Of a stretch of 64,000 nucleotides of DNA, positions 30,371 through 40,944 are shown piece after piece. This stretch comes from Candidatus Hydrogenedentota bacterium (lineage in GTDB: Bacteria; Hydrogenedentota; Hydrogenedentia; Hydrogenedentales; SLHB01): positions 241,629-305,628 of the forward strand of contig BTVY01000001.1 of NCBI GenBank assembly GCA_045863335.1, given 5' to 3'. A program made the translations under genes and the position numbers. Position 1 is the stretch's first letter. Each line of letters opens with the position of its first letter. The notes under the pieces are model-generated. The model worked only from the letters and a program-made list of their open reading frames with translations, was not told the DNA's origin and made no database searches.

Positions 30371-31329
30371 GCGACTGGGTGCTCGGTCTCGAAATTGGCG
30401 GGACCAAGCTACAAGCGGCCCTGGGATCGCGCGATGGCATCATCGCACACCAGCAACGTGGCGCCGCCGATAGCTCCGCGGGCGCCGAGTCCATTCTCTC
30501 GTGGTTTGACCATTCGATCCCGTCGTTATTGGAGCAAGCCGCGAATGAAGGCGCGCATGTGACGGCAATCGGCGTCGGGTTCGGCGGACCGGTGGACAGC
30601 GCGGCCGGCACGGCGTTGGTCTCGCACCAGGTCGGAGGCTGGTCGGGTTTCCCCTTGAAGCGCTGGTTCGAGGAACGATTCGATTTGCCAGCCGCCATCG
30701 CAAACGACGCCAACGCGGCCGGCTGGGCGGAATACTGCTGCGGAGCCGGCAAGGGCACGCGCACGTTTTGCTACATGAACATCGGCAGCGGCATCGGGGG
30801 CGCATTCGTCATAAGCGGGCAACTTCACGACGGCCAGGGGTTCGGCGCCGCCGAGATCGGGCATACCTATGTGCCGGACTTCACATCACCGGCTCCCGGC
30901 GCGGCGGACAAGCTGGAGCATCTGTGCTCCGGTTGGTCCATCGAAAAACGGGTGCGCATGGTCGCGTCGCTGGAACCAAGTTCGCCGCTGGCCATGCACT
31001 GCAACAACAATCCCAACACGATAACCTGCGCCATGCTGGCGAACGCCGCGCGGGAAGGCGACCCTGTCGCACTCCAGGAGATCGAGCAGGTTGCGGCTAC
31101 GCTCGGCCTCGCACTCTCCAACGTCATCACGCTGATCCACCCTGAATGCGTCGCGTTGGGCGGCGGCGTAAGCTTGATGGGCGATGTCCTTCTGGATCCC
31201 ATTCGCAAGCATGTGGACGCGCGGGTATTCGGCCCTTACCGCGACCGCTACCGAATCGTTCCTTGCGCGCTTGGGGAGGATGTGGTACTGGTGGGCGGAC
31301 TACTCCTCGCGCCGCCTACTTCTCAATAA
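30367..31329 (+). CDS. ROK family sugar kinase
   Basis: EIGGTK, GFGGPVD, NDANAA, GSGIGG, AEIGH, LGGGV. Confidence 0.9.
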   Translation: MSDWVLGLEIGGTKLQAALGSRDGIIAHQQRGAADSSAGAESILSWFDHSIPSLLEQAANEGAHVTAIGVGFGGPVDSAAGTALVSHQVGGWSGFPLKRWFEERFDLPAAIANDANAAGWAEYCCGAGKGTRTFCYMNIGSGIGGAFVISGQLHDGQGFGAAEIGHTYVPDFTSPAPGAADKLEHLCSGWSIEKRVRMVASLEPSSPLAMHCNNNPNTITCAMLANAAREGDPVALQEIEQVAATLGLALSNVITLIHPECVALGGGVSLMGDVLLDPIRKHVDARVFGPYRDRYRIVPCALGEDVVLVGGLLLAPPTSQ

Positions 31330-32584
31330 CGAACTCGTCGCGGACTTTACCTTCGCCGTCGAATGCGCGATACGTAAACCGATCCGGATTCATCGAGATG
31401 TCGATAACCTGATACGTCATCACGTTCGGAAATGCGACTTCCGAGTAGTCCCGATCGACTTGATCGTAGAACTTGGTTCCTGACACCGAAACAATGTAGA
31501 TCGTGCCATCCGCCGGCGACGCCACCCGCTCTCCCCCAAACATGGGATACGTGCGAAGATACGCATGGTCGTGGCCCTGCAGCGCCACATCGACGTGATA
31601 CTTGTCGAAGAGCGCCCCCCAGTCTTCCCTCACATCCTCATTTTCACGGTGCGGCGCGGACGGATAGGCCGGGTGATGGTAGACCGCAATCTTCCACCTC
31701 GCATTTGACGTGGACAATACCTGTTCCAGCCATGGCGCTTGATCCGCGGCGGAAAGGTTTGAGTCCAGTACCACGAACAGCGCGTTACTATACGTGAACG
31801 AGTATGCCCGTTCCGCCGGGAACCCGTCCGGTCCATTCTCCGGCAACGTCAGTAGATCGAGATAGAGCCTGGGCACCTCGTCGTAGTCATAGTCGTGGTT
31901 TCCCAGAGCCGGCACGAACGGTCTGCGGCGAAAGATCTCTTCCGCCGCCCCAAAGAAATGGTCCCACTCGTTCCGCCAGCCGCCGTCGTTGATGAGGTCG
32001 CCGGCCACCACGTAGAACGCCGCTTCCGGGTGGCGCTCAAAAGCTTTATTCATGAGTAAACCCCACGCACCCAAACCTCGCTGGGCATCGCCGAGGTACA
32101 TGAACGAGAACGGTACTGCATCGTCAGGAGCGGTCGTGAAGGTCGCCCAATCGCTCCAATTTTCGCCGGACGGATCGCCAACGCGGTAGGTGTACGTAGT
32201 CGCCGGCTGGAGCCCCTCAATTGTCGCCGAAAACCGCGCATTGACCGGATCATTCTCTAACAGGAGATCTTCGACAAGTATTCGGGCGGCATCCTGCCGT
32301 TGCGTCTCGGTTTCCGGCTCGTCTTCGCACCGGTACTCCACGACGCCCGATTCAACCGAGGACGCCGTGCGCCATTGAATCGTTTGCGTTGTCGCGGGAT
32401 CGGCGGCCCAGGTCAGGCAGATCTGGTCGGGTGCGGCGGAACTCACATACGCTGCGGTGCGGACATACCGGCGGTGGGCGTACCAATCGATGGCCTCGCC
32501 TTTGAGTTCGCGAAACAGAAAGAATGCGGCAGCGGCGGCGAGAATGCCGACCCCGCCTCGAATCAGGAGCTTGCGTGACTTCAT
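31316..32584 (-). CDS. Purple acid phosphatase-like metallophosphoesterase with FN3 domain
   Basis: GDAQ, AGDL, GNHD, HHP, GHDHAY motifs; N-terminal membrane anchor. Confidence 0.88.
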   Translation of the reverse strand: MKSRKLLIRGGVGILAAAAAFFLFRELKGEAIDWYAHRRYVRTAAYVSSAAPDQICLTWAADPATTQTIQWRTASSVESGVVEYRCEDEPETETQRQDAARILVEDLLLENDPVNARFSATIEGLQPATTYTYRVGDPSGENWSDWATFTTAPDDAVPFSFMYLGDAQRGLGAWGLLMNKAFERHPEAAFYVVAGDLINDGGWRNEWDHFFGAAEEIFRRRPFVPALGNHDYDYDEVPRLYLDLLTLPENGPDGFPAERAYSFTYSNALFVVLDSNLSAADQAPWLEQVLSTSNARWKIAVYHHPAYPSAPHRENEDVREDWGALFDKYHVDVALQGHDHAYLRTYPMFGGERVASPADGTIYIVSVSGTKFYDQVDRDYSEVAFPNVMTYQVIDISMNPDRFTYRAFDGEGKVRDEFVIEK

Positions 32585-32659
32585 GGAAAGACCTTAGGTT
32601 ACTGCGTGATTATGGGGCGACCGATCGCTGCCCGGATCTATACGCCGGGTGAGGCGAAT

Positions 32660-33241
32660 CTATTCCTGACGGCCTTCGATGGCGGACAGCAAAACCCCGG
32701 CCGCGATACCCAATCGCCGATCGAGGTATCCCTGCGTATCCGCAGAAAAATCCAAATCCATTCTCAGCACGAAAGGATTGAAGTGGCGATTGAAATCCAG
32801 GACCGTCGCGCCATTGACCGTGCCCGTGAAGGATTGCGGAATCAGACTGGTCAAGAATCGCCGCAACAATGCCATCGCCATGCTGTCTTCCTGTATGACG
32901 CCGATCTCCTGTCCCGCCGCGTTCGCAATCAACCACTCATCCCGCAACATGGAACGAAATCCCTTGCGCTTGAGCGTGCCTACCTGCTCGCCCGTCTGCG
33001 AATCGACTACGTCATAGGCAGCCCCGAAATCGATGATGTTGCGCGCGCGGATTGCCAGAAGTTCGTGCTGCATATCCTCGCCGGAGTAAAGCCGGATGTC
33101 TTCCTTCAGCTTAAACGCCTTCAGCTTGGAGTAGAACAGCACGCTCCCGGCAGGATCGTAGATGTGAAACGCCGCCCCCACCAATTTAAAAATCTTCTTC
33201 CGAATCATATAGTGGGTCTGTTGAAACCGGGGGTCCAGCAT
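32660..33241 (-). CDS. LURP-one/scramblase-like (tubby C-terminal fold) protein
   Basis: KAFKLKEDIR, IIDFGAAYDV, LRDEW, DRRLGIA pattern typical of this family. Confidence 0.6.
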   Translation of the reverse strand: MLDPRFQQTHYMIRKKIFKLVGAAFHIYDPAGSVLFYSKLKAFKLKEDIRLYSGEDMQHELLAIRARNIIDFGAAYDVVDSQTGEQVGTLKRKGFRSMLRDEWLIANAAGQEIGVIQEDSMAMALLRRFLTSLIPQSFTGTVNGATVLDFNRHFNPFVLRMDLDFSADTQGYLDRRLGIAAGVLLSAIEGRQE

Positions 33242-33274
33242 GGCGAGTCCTCTCTTCTTCTTATCGAACCGTGA

Positions 33275-33910
33275 CTACTCGTCGTCGGATACGTCGGACG
33301 TTTCGACCTTCGGAGAAACCGCGGGAGGCGGCGCTTCCACGGAGAACGCGAACTCCATCTGCTGATTGCGAATCAGCCGGTACCGTTTCAGCAGCCGGAT
33401 CGTCTGCAACGTTTGCGATGCGGGGTAATGGCCGCTTTCGTCCACCTTCATGACCAGTTCGCGCAGAATATCCGTGAATTCGATGACGTACCCGATGCCC
33501 GACTTTCGAAGCAGGCTGAGGGACCGCGAACGCAACTCAGGGCCGGCCGGCAACTCCGACACGACGAGGATTGTGGTAAACGGCAAACCATCGAACACTT
33601 CTTCTGCGAGCGCCAGGGATTCGCTGGAAACGAACTCGTAGAGAACCGGGTTCGCCTCGATTACGGAAGGATAAAACCGGTCGCCGTGCCACGCGCGCAC
33701 TTCCACGGTCGCGCGTTCCAGGGAAGATACGTCTCCCACGCTAAGCAAAAACGGAAGCTCTCTCGGCAGCCCGGGGGCGGTGTTGCGCACGAACAACTGA
33801 CCGCTGTTCTCGCCGGACCGGAAACGCGGGCCCTGCTGCCAGTTCGTCATGACCTGGAACAGGTTCAGTTCAAAGAACTCGCGCACCAACTGGACGTTTA
33901 CTTCGCTCAT
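33275..33910 (-). CDS. Conserved hypothetical protein (possible PD-(D/E)XK-like fold)
   Basis: Co-oriented with the TPR gene; VREFFEL and VEVRAWH motifs. Confidence 0.55.
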   Translation of the reverse strand: MSEVNVQLVREFFELNLFQVMTNWQQGPRFRSGENSGQLFVRNTAPGLPRELPFLLSVGDVSSLERATVEVRAWHGDRFYPSVIEANPVLYEFVSSESLALAEEVFDGLPFTTILVVSELPAGPELRSRSLSLLRKSGIGYVIEFTDILRELVMKVDESGHYPASQTLQTIRLLKRYRLIRNQQMEFAFSVEAPPPAVSPKVETSDVSDDE

Positions 33911-33951
33911 ACGCGCTCGTGCTTGTCCTCAGTGAGACCGCCGCCCGAGAC

Positions 33952-34785
33952 TCACTCAGACTCGACTAGCGACCGGCCGATCTTATGATTCGGATTCCGC
34001 GCCAGGATCTTCTCTCCCAGTTCGCGGGCGCGATCGGGTTTCCCCAACCGCTGGTAACACAGGCCGAGCTTGGCCAGGATGTCAAGCTGTGTGAAATTCT
34101 CGCCGAACGCGGAGTATAGCCGATCCGGATTCCTCGCGTCCGTCCGGTCGTCCGCGGCGCGGTAATTCTCCATGGCGCTCGAAAACTGCTCGCGAAAGTA
34201 GAAGACCTCGCCCCGCAGGAAGTGGCCCTCCGGCTGGTCCGGATTCAGTTCGATGGATTTCTCCAACAATTTGTCCGCGGACTCCAGCGTGCTCTGCGCA
34301 AGCTGCGCGTCGCCCGCCAGCTTCGCGGCGCGGCCCAGTAAGAACAGCGCGGAGAAATTCTTGCCGCCACTTTCCAGCACCGACTGCGCCTGATCCATTG
34401 CAGCGCGCCAGTTGGCCTCGCTGAAATTCACATGAGCCAGCCCGAGGTGCGCCCGGGAGTTCAGCGGATCGACCGCGAGGATGCCCTCGAATTGCTCGCG
34501 CGCTTCACCCGTCCGGTTCATGGAAAGGTACGCGTGGCCGAGATCCAACTTGGCCGGAATCTGATCCGGCCGGCGCGATACGACCTGTTGGAGCAGATCG
34601 ACCGCCTTCTGCACGTCGCCGGTTCGAAGATACGATTTCCCGAGTTGGTGGTACGCGGCGGCGAATGTGTTATCCAGCCGGATCGCCCGTTCAAAACACT
34701 GCACGGCCCGGGCCATATCGCCCTTCATGCTCGCGGTCAAGCCCTCGTCGTAGTAGCTCTCCGCATTATCGCCGCCAAACGCCAT
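33952..34785 (-). CDS. Tetratricopeptide repeat protein
   Basis: Multiple 34-aa helical repeats (AYHQLG, AKLDLG, AHLGLA, GHFLRG). Confidence 0.85.
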   Translation of the reverse strand: MAFGGDNAESYYDEGLTASMKGDMARAVQCFERAIRLDNTFAAAYHQLGKSYLRTGDVQKAVDLLQQVVSRRPDQIPAKLDLGHAYLSMNRTGEAREQFEGILAVDPLNSRAHLGLAHVNFSEANWRAAMDQAQSVLESGGKNFSALFLLGRAAKLAGDAQLAQSTLESADKLLEKSIELNPDQPEGHFLRGEVFYFREQFSSAMENYRAADDRTDARNPDRLYSAFGENFTQLDILAKLGLCYQRLGKPDRARELGEKILARNPNHKIGRSLVESE

Positions 34786-35024
34786 CGCTTTTCTCCAGTA
34801 TTGGTCGCAGCCCAGCGAGAGTTGAATCCCCTCTCAAGGATCTCACGCAGTGCGTCTCCAAATGTCTCGCTTCAGCGACAGGGCCGAACGAAGTCCCTGC
34901 AGCCGGAAGAATTGGGACTGGCTCCATCTTCCTTATGGATCGCTGCGAAGGTGGTCCAAGCGCCGAAAAGGAAAATGGTGCCTGTCCCTGTTTTTCCCAC
35001 AGCGATCTTCCTCCAGCCTCCCGC

Positions 35025-36110
35025 CTACCCCCGCAACGACTCCAACGCAGTCCGCGCCTGCTGAATGCTTACGTCCGTCCGCTGAACCACATGCCCGATT
35101 TCGTCGGCCACAACAAACTTCAAGGTTCCCGCCTGCGCCTTCTTGTCGTGTCGCATCGCGTCAATAACCTGATCGATGGGAATCTCCGGCCAACGCACCG
35201 GCAAGCCATACGCAACCAGGCACCGTTCCTGGCGTTGAACGAACTCGTCGCCCACAAGCCCGAGGTTCCGCGCCAGCGTGCCCGCCGCGATCATCCCCAG
35301 GGAAATCGCCTCACCATGGAGAAAGGTCTTGTAGCCGGAGGCAGCCTCGATCCCGTGGCCAAAGGTGTGACCGTAGTTCAAATTCGCGCGCAACCCGAGT
35401 TCCCGTTCGTCCGCGGACACAATGGCCGACTTGATCTCGCAGGACCGCTTCACCGGGTATTGCAGCACGTGCAAGGTGCCCGCGAGAACGGCCTCGGACT
35501 GCTCCTCCATGTAGGAGAACAGGATCGCGTCGGCGATGATCCCGTGCTTGATGACCTCGGCCAGCCCCGCGCGCAGCTCGCGCTCGGGCAGCGTCTTCAA
35601 CAAGGTGAGATCGATTACCACGGCGGACGGCTGGTGGAATGCGCCGATGATGTTCTTCGCGCGCGCATGGTTCACGCCGGTCTTGCCGCCCACGCTGCTG
35701 TCCACCTGCGCAACGATCGTCGTCGGCACCTGGACGTGCCGGATGCCGCGCATGTACGACGCCGCCGCATAACCCGCAATATCGCCCACGACACCGCCGC
35801 CAAGCGCAAGCACTACGCTGGATCGATCGAGGCCGGCATCCAGAAACTCGCCGCACAAATAGTCGACCTGTTCGAGACGCTTGTGCTGTTCCCCGGCGGG
35901 AATCGTGCAAAGGCGCGCATCCACGTCGGCCTGCCGCACAAGCTCCGTAATTCGGTCGCCGTACAGCGGCGCAACATTCGTATCGGTCACAATCGCAACC
36001 GTGCCAAACACACTGAGATCGGAAAGCACGCGCGGCAAAACGCCCAACGCATCGTCACCCAGATAGATGGGATACGATCGATTTCCGAGCCCGACGGTTA
36101 AATGTTCCAT
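35025..36110 (-). CDS. aroB: 3-dehydroquinate synthase
   Basis: GGGVVGD, QVPTT..AQVDSSVGGKTG, KNIIGAFHQP, LNYGHTFGH, LHGEA. Confidence 0.96.
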   Translation of the reverse strand: MEHLTVGLGNRSYPIYLGDDALGVLPRVLSDLSVFGTVAIVTDTNVAPLYGDRITELVRQADVDARLCTIPAGEQHKRLEQVDYLCGEFLDAGLDRSSVVLALGGGVVGDIAGYAAASYMRGIRHVQVPTTIVAQVDSSVGGKTGVNHARAKNIIGAFHQPSAVVIDLTLLKTLPERELRAGLAEVIKHGIIADAILFSYMEEQSEAVLAGTLHVLQYPVKRSCEIKSAIVSADERELGLRANLNYGHTFGHGIEAASGYKTFLHGEAISLGMIAAGTLARNLGLVGDEFVQRQERCLVAYGLPVRWPEIPIDQVIDAMRHDKKAQAGTLKFVVADEIGHVVQRTDVSIQQARTALESLRG

Positions 36111-36140
36111 AAAGACCCCAACTCTTCTTTGTCCAGTTCG

Positions 36141-37199
36141 CTAGGCAATCCGGCGCTTGGGCTTCGCGTGATTCAATTTCACGGCGCGGCCCGTCTGTGC
36201 AGCCTTCTCGCCGGCGAGGATGATCTCCAACGACTTCTTCCCTTCCTCACCCGTGCAGAAGGGTTCCTCCAATCCCATCGCCGCGCGAACGAAACCACCG
36301 CTCACGTCGCAACCCCAGGATCCAGGATAGTCATTCAACGGCGGTGGCACATCGAACACGATCTCGCACTCCGGATTCACAAGCCGGGCAACCAGCGGTT
36401 TATCGTCGTGCAACGCGACCTGAAGCGTGCCATTGCTGCAATGCAGGATCGTATACGCCGCGCTCGCGCCCTTGATGGTCCACGACGAACACAAGGTCCC
36501 CACCGTGCCATCGGTGAACGTGAAGCACGACACAAAGTTGTCTTCCACGTCGCCCCACGTCTTTTCCAACCGCGCCGTGAACGCCGAAATCTCCCCGATC
36601 TCCTTGCCGGTAATATACCGAATGAGGTCCGCCTTGTGGACGCCCAGATCCGCCATCGCGCCGAACCGCGCCTTGTCTTTCTGGAAGAACCACTTGCTCT
36701 CCGGGCTCCAATGGTCCGGCCCGTCGTGGCCGAACATGCCCGTCACGTGCAGGATGTTTCCAAGAATGCCGCTCTTCACGATCTCCCGCGCCTTCCGATG
36801 CACCCCCAGCCGCCGTTGCGTCTGGTTCACCATCAGAAGCTTGCGCGCCTTCTTCGCGGCCTCGATCATGCGCTCCGCTTCCGCCGCGCTCGCTGCCATC
36901 GGCTTCTCCACGAAAACATGGCAGCCCGCTTTCAACGCCTCGATCGTCACCGGCGCATGCAGCGTATTCGCCAGCGTCACCGTCACCCCATCGAGCTGCT
37001 CCGATTTGAACATCTGCTTGTAGTCCGTATACACACGGGCCTCGGGCGCATACCGTTGTGCCAGCGCCTCCGCTTTACCCGGCACCACATCGCACAACGC
37101 CACCAATTCCGCCTCCGGACATACCGCGTAATCCGGTATATGAAGACGCTCGGCAATCGCGCCGCACCCAATTACTGCCGCCCTGAATTTTTCTGCCAT
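36141..37199 (-). CDS. Cytoplasmic Gfo/Idh/MocA family oxidoreductase
   Basis: IGCGAIA, HVFVEKPMA, GAMADLGVH; the longer ORF call runs antisense through the tRNA, so the start is placed at 37199. Confidence 0.88.
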   Translation of the reverse strand: MAEKFRAAVIGCGAIAERLHIPDYAVCPEAELVALCDVVPGKAEALAQRYAPEARVYTDYKQMFKSEQLDGVTVTLANTLHAPVTIEALKAGCHVFVEKPMAASAAEAERMIEAAKKARKLLMVNQTQRRLGVHRKAREIVKSGILGNILHVTGMFGHDGPDHWSPESKWFFQKDKARFGAMADLGVHKADLIRYITGKEIGEISAFTARLEKTWGDVEDNFVSCFTFTDGTVGTLCSSWTIKGASAAYTILHCSNGTLQVALHDDKPLVARLVNPECEIVFDVPPPLNDYPGSWGCDVSGGFVRAAMGLEEPFCTGEEGKKSLEIILAGEKAAQTGRAVKLNHAKPKRRIA

Positions 37200-37305
37200 G
37201 TACGCAACTCTCCCCTGCTCCTCACACCCAATGTAAGCCACGCCATTCCTAGCGTAAAGCGGAGATGAATTGTAGTCGCCCCGCCTCGAGAAGGCAACCC
37301 GCCGT

Positions 37306-37334
37306 TTGCGCCGCCAACCCGCCTGTGCTACACT
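37306..37334 (+). promoter_or_regulatory. Putative sigma70 promoter of tRNA-Pro
   Basis: TTGCGC-17 bp-TACACT with an extended -10 TG, 12 bp upstream of the tRNA. Confidence 0.5.
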
Positions 37335-37346
37335 CTGCCCTTCGTT

Positions 37347-37423
<77 letters not shown>

Positions 37424-37548
37424 TTTCAACTTCATTGCCAATCGATGTCAATTGGCGCGGGGATTCGTCGCTAGCACTATCCCTTAGCGGGGCATGGCTT
37501 CCGAGCACTTGGTACGTTTCCCCGCGAGTACTTCCCCATGACCGCCCT

Positions 37549-38241
37549 TTAGTCGTCTAACGTCCTGCGCAGATGGGCGCGCAGGATAGACCGGACCATC
37601 TCGGCATCGCGCCGCGCAAAGGCTTCGGCGATCATGTGATGCGCTCGAATCGAACTGGTCGGGTCCTCGCTCGGTTTCGGTGCCTCCAACGTCGAAGCCA
37701 GGAAGTAGTCCGCCAAGACGCGGTGCATGCCGGACACGAGTGGATTGCCCGTCATCTCGAGGATGAGCGAGTGAAATGTCAGATCGATCTGGTCGGCTTT
37801 CTCGTTGTGCCCGTACTTCGACGCAACGGCTTCAAACTCGCCGGCTAGTCTGGCCGCGCGTTGAATTTGTTCTTCAGTGCCGTGGGCTATCGCGAGATCA
37901 ACCGCGCCCATTTCCAGCACAAACCGGAGTTCCGCAAGGCGGGACAATTCGTTGCCCTGAGCGCCGCGCCCATAGAACGGCACCCATTGGGACATGAGCT
38001 TCACCGGGTCGGGTCGCCCTACGAGCAGCCCTTTGCGCTGGCGTGATTTCAGCACCCCCAACGCACGAAGCTGCCCCAGGGCTTCCCGCGCGATACTGCG
38101 TGACACGCCATAGTGCTCGGCCACCTGATCGCCCGTCATGAAGAAATCGTCTTCCTGAAGTTCGGAGGCTACAATGTCCGCGTGCATGCGATCGGCGATG
38201 ACGTTCGCGAGGGTATTGGTGTTCGGCTCTCGTTTACTCAT
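37549..38241 (-). CDS. FadR/GntR family transcriptional regulator
   Basis: N-terminal wHTH (YGVSRSIAREAL..L...G), C-terminal FCD (D..FH..I...GN, H..I..A). Confidence 0.9.
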   Translation of the reverse strand: MSKREPNTNTLANVIADRMHADIVASELQEDDFFMTGDQVAEHYGVSRSIAREALGQLRALGVLKSRQRKGLLVGRPDPVKLMSQWVPFYGRGAQGNELSRLAELRFVLEMGAVDLAIAHGTEEQIQRAARLAGEFEAVASKYGHNEKADQIDLTFHSLILEMTGNPLVSGMHRVLADYFLASTLEAPKPSEDPTSSIRAHHMIAEAFARRDAEMVRSILRAHLRRTLDD

Positions 38242-38278
38242 GGTGAATTGGCACCAGATCCTTTGGCCATTCCCATTC

Positions 38279-39865
38279 TTAGGTAAGCGGTTGATCGTCC
38301 TGGGTCCACACGGTCAGGTTCGTCAGGTCCCGGCGGCGTTCCGGGATCGCAAAGGATAGTGCGTAACCCACGACAAACATGGCGATGTTGCTGATGATCC
38401 CCGTGTAGTACGACTCAAACGACCCCTCTACAAAGGCGATCCACGCGGAAGGCAACCAACCGAGTACGGCCAGCGAGATGAAGGCTGACCACCCCACTGC
38501 AAATACAATGCCAAAGAACACTGCGCGGCCGTCCCCTCGCTTGGTGAAGAAGCCCAGCATGTACAACCCCATCACCCCACCGGCGATAATCGACTGAATC
38601 TCCGTCGCCAGATCCTGAAGCGTGCTGCTCTGGGAACGATACAGCCAGAATGCGCCGAGGACCATGATTATCGAGCTGACCAGAGTCAACAGTTTTGCCG
38701 CGACGACGTAGTGCCGATCGTCCCGTCCCCGCGCGAGGTGGCGTTTGTATACGTCGGTAATCGCCACGGCGGAGATCGAGTTCATTGCCGACGACATGCT
38801 CGACATGGCCGCCGCGAGTACGGCGGCAATCACGATGCCCGAGAACCCCACCGGTAATTCGTTCGATATGAAGTACGGAAGAATCTCCTCGGCCCGCCGC
38901 TCGCCCGTGAGCATCGCATGCGCCTGCGCGTCGGGGAAAACCTTGTAGAAGACATACAACCCCGTCCCCACCAGCATGAAATAGCCCCAGGTGGGCACGC
39001 AGAACCAACAGCAAATCCACATGGCGCGCCGCGCATCCGACGCGCTCTTGGAGGCACAGTATTTCTGAATGACCTCCTGATTCGTGCTGTATTCCGCGAG
39101 CCATTGAAACAACCCGACCAGTAACAACATGAGAACCGTTTTCTCGCTGAGCGAAATCCCCCACGCAATAGGCTCCAACTCCCCACTCGCGTTCAACTGA
39201 CTCAATCCGAACTTTCCGTCGGCCCACCCCACCGAGAAAAGTTGGGAGAACCCATCCGGCAGTTTGTACACGATGGTTGCAAGAATGAGCAGACCACCCA
39301 GGACCAAGATCAGCGATTGAACGAAGTCCGTCCAGATAACCGCTTCGATTCCGCCGATGATCGTGTAGTACGCGGTGATCGTCCCGCCCAAAAGAATGCA
39401 GGTCGGAACACTCCAACCGGTGAGACGATTCATAAGAAGCGCCACCAGGTATTGAATCAAACTTATCCGGATACACTGACTCAACATGAACACCGACGCG
39501 CCATAAAGTCGTGTGCCGGGTCCGAACCGCCCTTCGAGATACTCAAAGACGGACGTGATCTTGCCGCGCCGAAAGAACGGCACGAACAACCAGGATGCGA
39601 TGAAAACACCCACCGGAAGCATGATGCAGATCAGATACCGCACATACGCGGTCTTGTATGCGTCCGCCGGATACGCCACAAAGGTGATCGAGCTAATCGT
39701 TGCGCCGAACAGGGAAATCCCGATGAGCCAGCCCGGATACGCGCGGCCGCCGACGAAATACTGTTCCGTGCTCTTGGCTCGGCGGGCGAAATACGAACCC
39801 ATGGCAAGCATGGCACCGAAATAGATGACGAGCACGCCCAAGTCAATGAGATTGATTCCGGCCAC
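38279..39865 (-). CDS. Sodium:solute symporter family transporter (SiaT/NanT-like)
   Basis: YFVGGR, SSITF, YLEGRFG, GGIEAVIWTD, Q..IQKY, AAAMSSMSS..NS; ~13 TM; GTG start after GGAGG. Confidence 0.9.
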   Translation of the reverse strand: MAGINLIDLGVLVIYFGAMLAMGSYFARRAKSTEQYFVGGRAYPGWLIGISLFGATISSITFVAYPADAYKTAYVRYLICIMLPVGVFIASWLFVPFFRRGKITSVFEYLEGRFGPGTRLYGASVFMLSQCIRISLIQYLVALLMNRLTGWSVPTCILLGGTITAYYTIIGGIEAVIWTDFVQSLILVLGGLLILATIVYKLPDGFSQLFSVGWADGKFGLSQLNASGELEPIAWGISLSEKTVLMLLLVGLFQWLAEYSTNQEVIQKYCASKSASDARRAMWICCWFCVPTWGYFMLVGTGLYVFYKVFPDAQAHAMLTGERRAEEILPYFISNELPVGFSGIVIAAVLAAAMSSMSSAMNSISAVAITDVYKRHLARGRDDRHYVVAAKLLTLVSSIIMVLGAFWLYRSQSSTLQDLATEIQSIIAGGVMGLYMLGFFTKRGDGRAVFFGIVFAVGWSAFISLAVLGWLPSAWIAFVEGSFESYYTGIISNIAMFVVGYALSFAIPERRRDLTNLTVWTQDDQPLT

Positions 39866-40015
39866 GCCAGGCTCCCTCCACGTCGAACGCCCTCGGAGTC
39901 CCCGCCTCACGCGGCGGTTCCTCCCACTGGGTCGTCATCGTCCACAACGTCCAAGGATACGAAATGCAGGTGTCATGAAGCAGTCCTTTGTCCGACCACC
40001 CCAGCGTCTAGCTCG

Positions 40016-40064
40016 AAAATAATATGGTATTTATTTTGACCCTGCAAGCGCTCTGACATAGAAT
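40016..40064 (+). promoter_or_regulatory. Sigma70 promoter of the kdsB-like operon with an overlapping AT-rich palindrome (candidate operator)
   Basis: TTGACC (40036-40041)-17 bp-TAGAAT (40059-40064); AAAATAA-N8-TTATTTT inverted repeat at 40016-40037. Confidence 0.6.
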
Positions 40065-40158
40065 ATTCTTAAAGTTTGGGATTAAAGCATATTTTATCCT
40101 CAACGTTCTTCTTATTGAGTAAGGTGCGCCTCCAAGGTGCGCAGGAGGAGTGGACAAC

Positions 40159-40929
40159 ATGGGCTCGCCACGCGTCGCGGGTATTATCCCGGCCCGGTAC
40201 GGGTCCACGCGGCTCCCCGGGAAACCGCTGAAAACCATACTGGGAAAACCCATGATTCAACATGTCTACGAGCGCTGTGCACAGGCGGGGGTATTGGACC
40301 TTGTCTGCGTGGCTACCGATGACGAGCGAATCGTCCATGCCGTCGAAGCCTTCGGGGGAAAAGCCGTGATGACGCGTCCGGATCATGTGAGCGGTACGGA
40401 TCGACTCGCCGAAGCCGCCCGCTCCCTCGACGCGGATATTGTGGTCAATATCCAGGGCGATCAACCCTTCATCGATCCGGTCATGATTGACGAAGGTGTT
40501 CAACCCTTTCTCGATGACCCCGGCGTGGTGTTGTGCACGCTAAAGTGTCCAATTGCGCACGAGGCCGATCTTCAGAATCCCGCCGTCGTAAAAGTCGTTA
40601 CGGATGCAAACGGCGACGCGCTCTATTTCTCCCGCTCCCTGATTCCCTATCCACGGGAGGCGGTGGACCATGCGGTTTTCGAGCATGTGGGGCTATACGT
40701 CTACAGAAAGACCACCTTGGATGAAGTGGCAGCACTTCCGCCGACCATCCTGGAACGCGTCGAATCCCTGGAACAACTTCGGTGGCTGGAACACGGCATG
40801 CGAATTCGCGTCGTTGAGACGAAATGTAGGGACCAATCGTTCAGCGGATTCAGTGTCGATACCCCCGAGGATTTGGAACGTGCCGAACGCATGCTTCGCG
40901 AACGTCAGGCACACCCGTCGAGCAGCTAG
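40159..40929 (+). CDS. kdsB: 3-deoxy-manno-octulosonate cytidylyltransferase (CMP-Kdo synthetase)
   Basis: IIPARYGSTRLPGKPL, VATDD, SGTDRLAE, VNIQGDQP, LYFSRS.IPY, ESLEQLRWLEHG, VDTPEDL. Confidence 0.9.
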   Translation: MGSPRVAGIIPARYGSTRLPGKPLKTILGKPMIQHVYERCAQAGVLDLVCVATDDERIVHAVEAFGGKAVMTRPDHVSGTDRLAEAARSLDADIVVNIQGDQPFIDPVMIDEGVQPFLDDPGVVLCTLKCPIAHEADLQNPAVVKVVTDANGDALYFSRSLIPYPREAVDHAVFEHVGLYVYRKTTLDEVAALPPTILERVESLEQLRWLEHGMRIRVVETKCRDQSFSGFSVDTPEDLERAERMLRERQAHPSSS

Positions 40930-40944
40930 TTCAGGAGACGAACA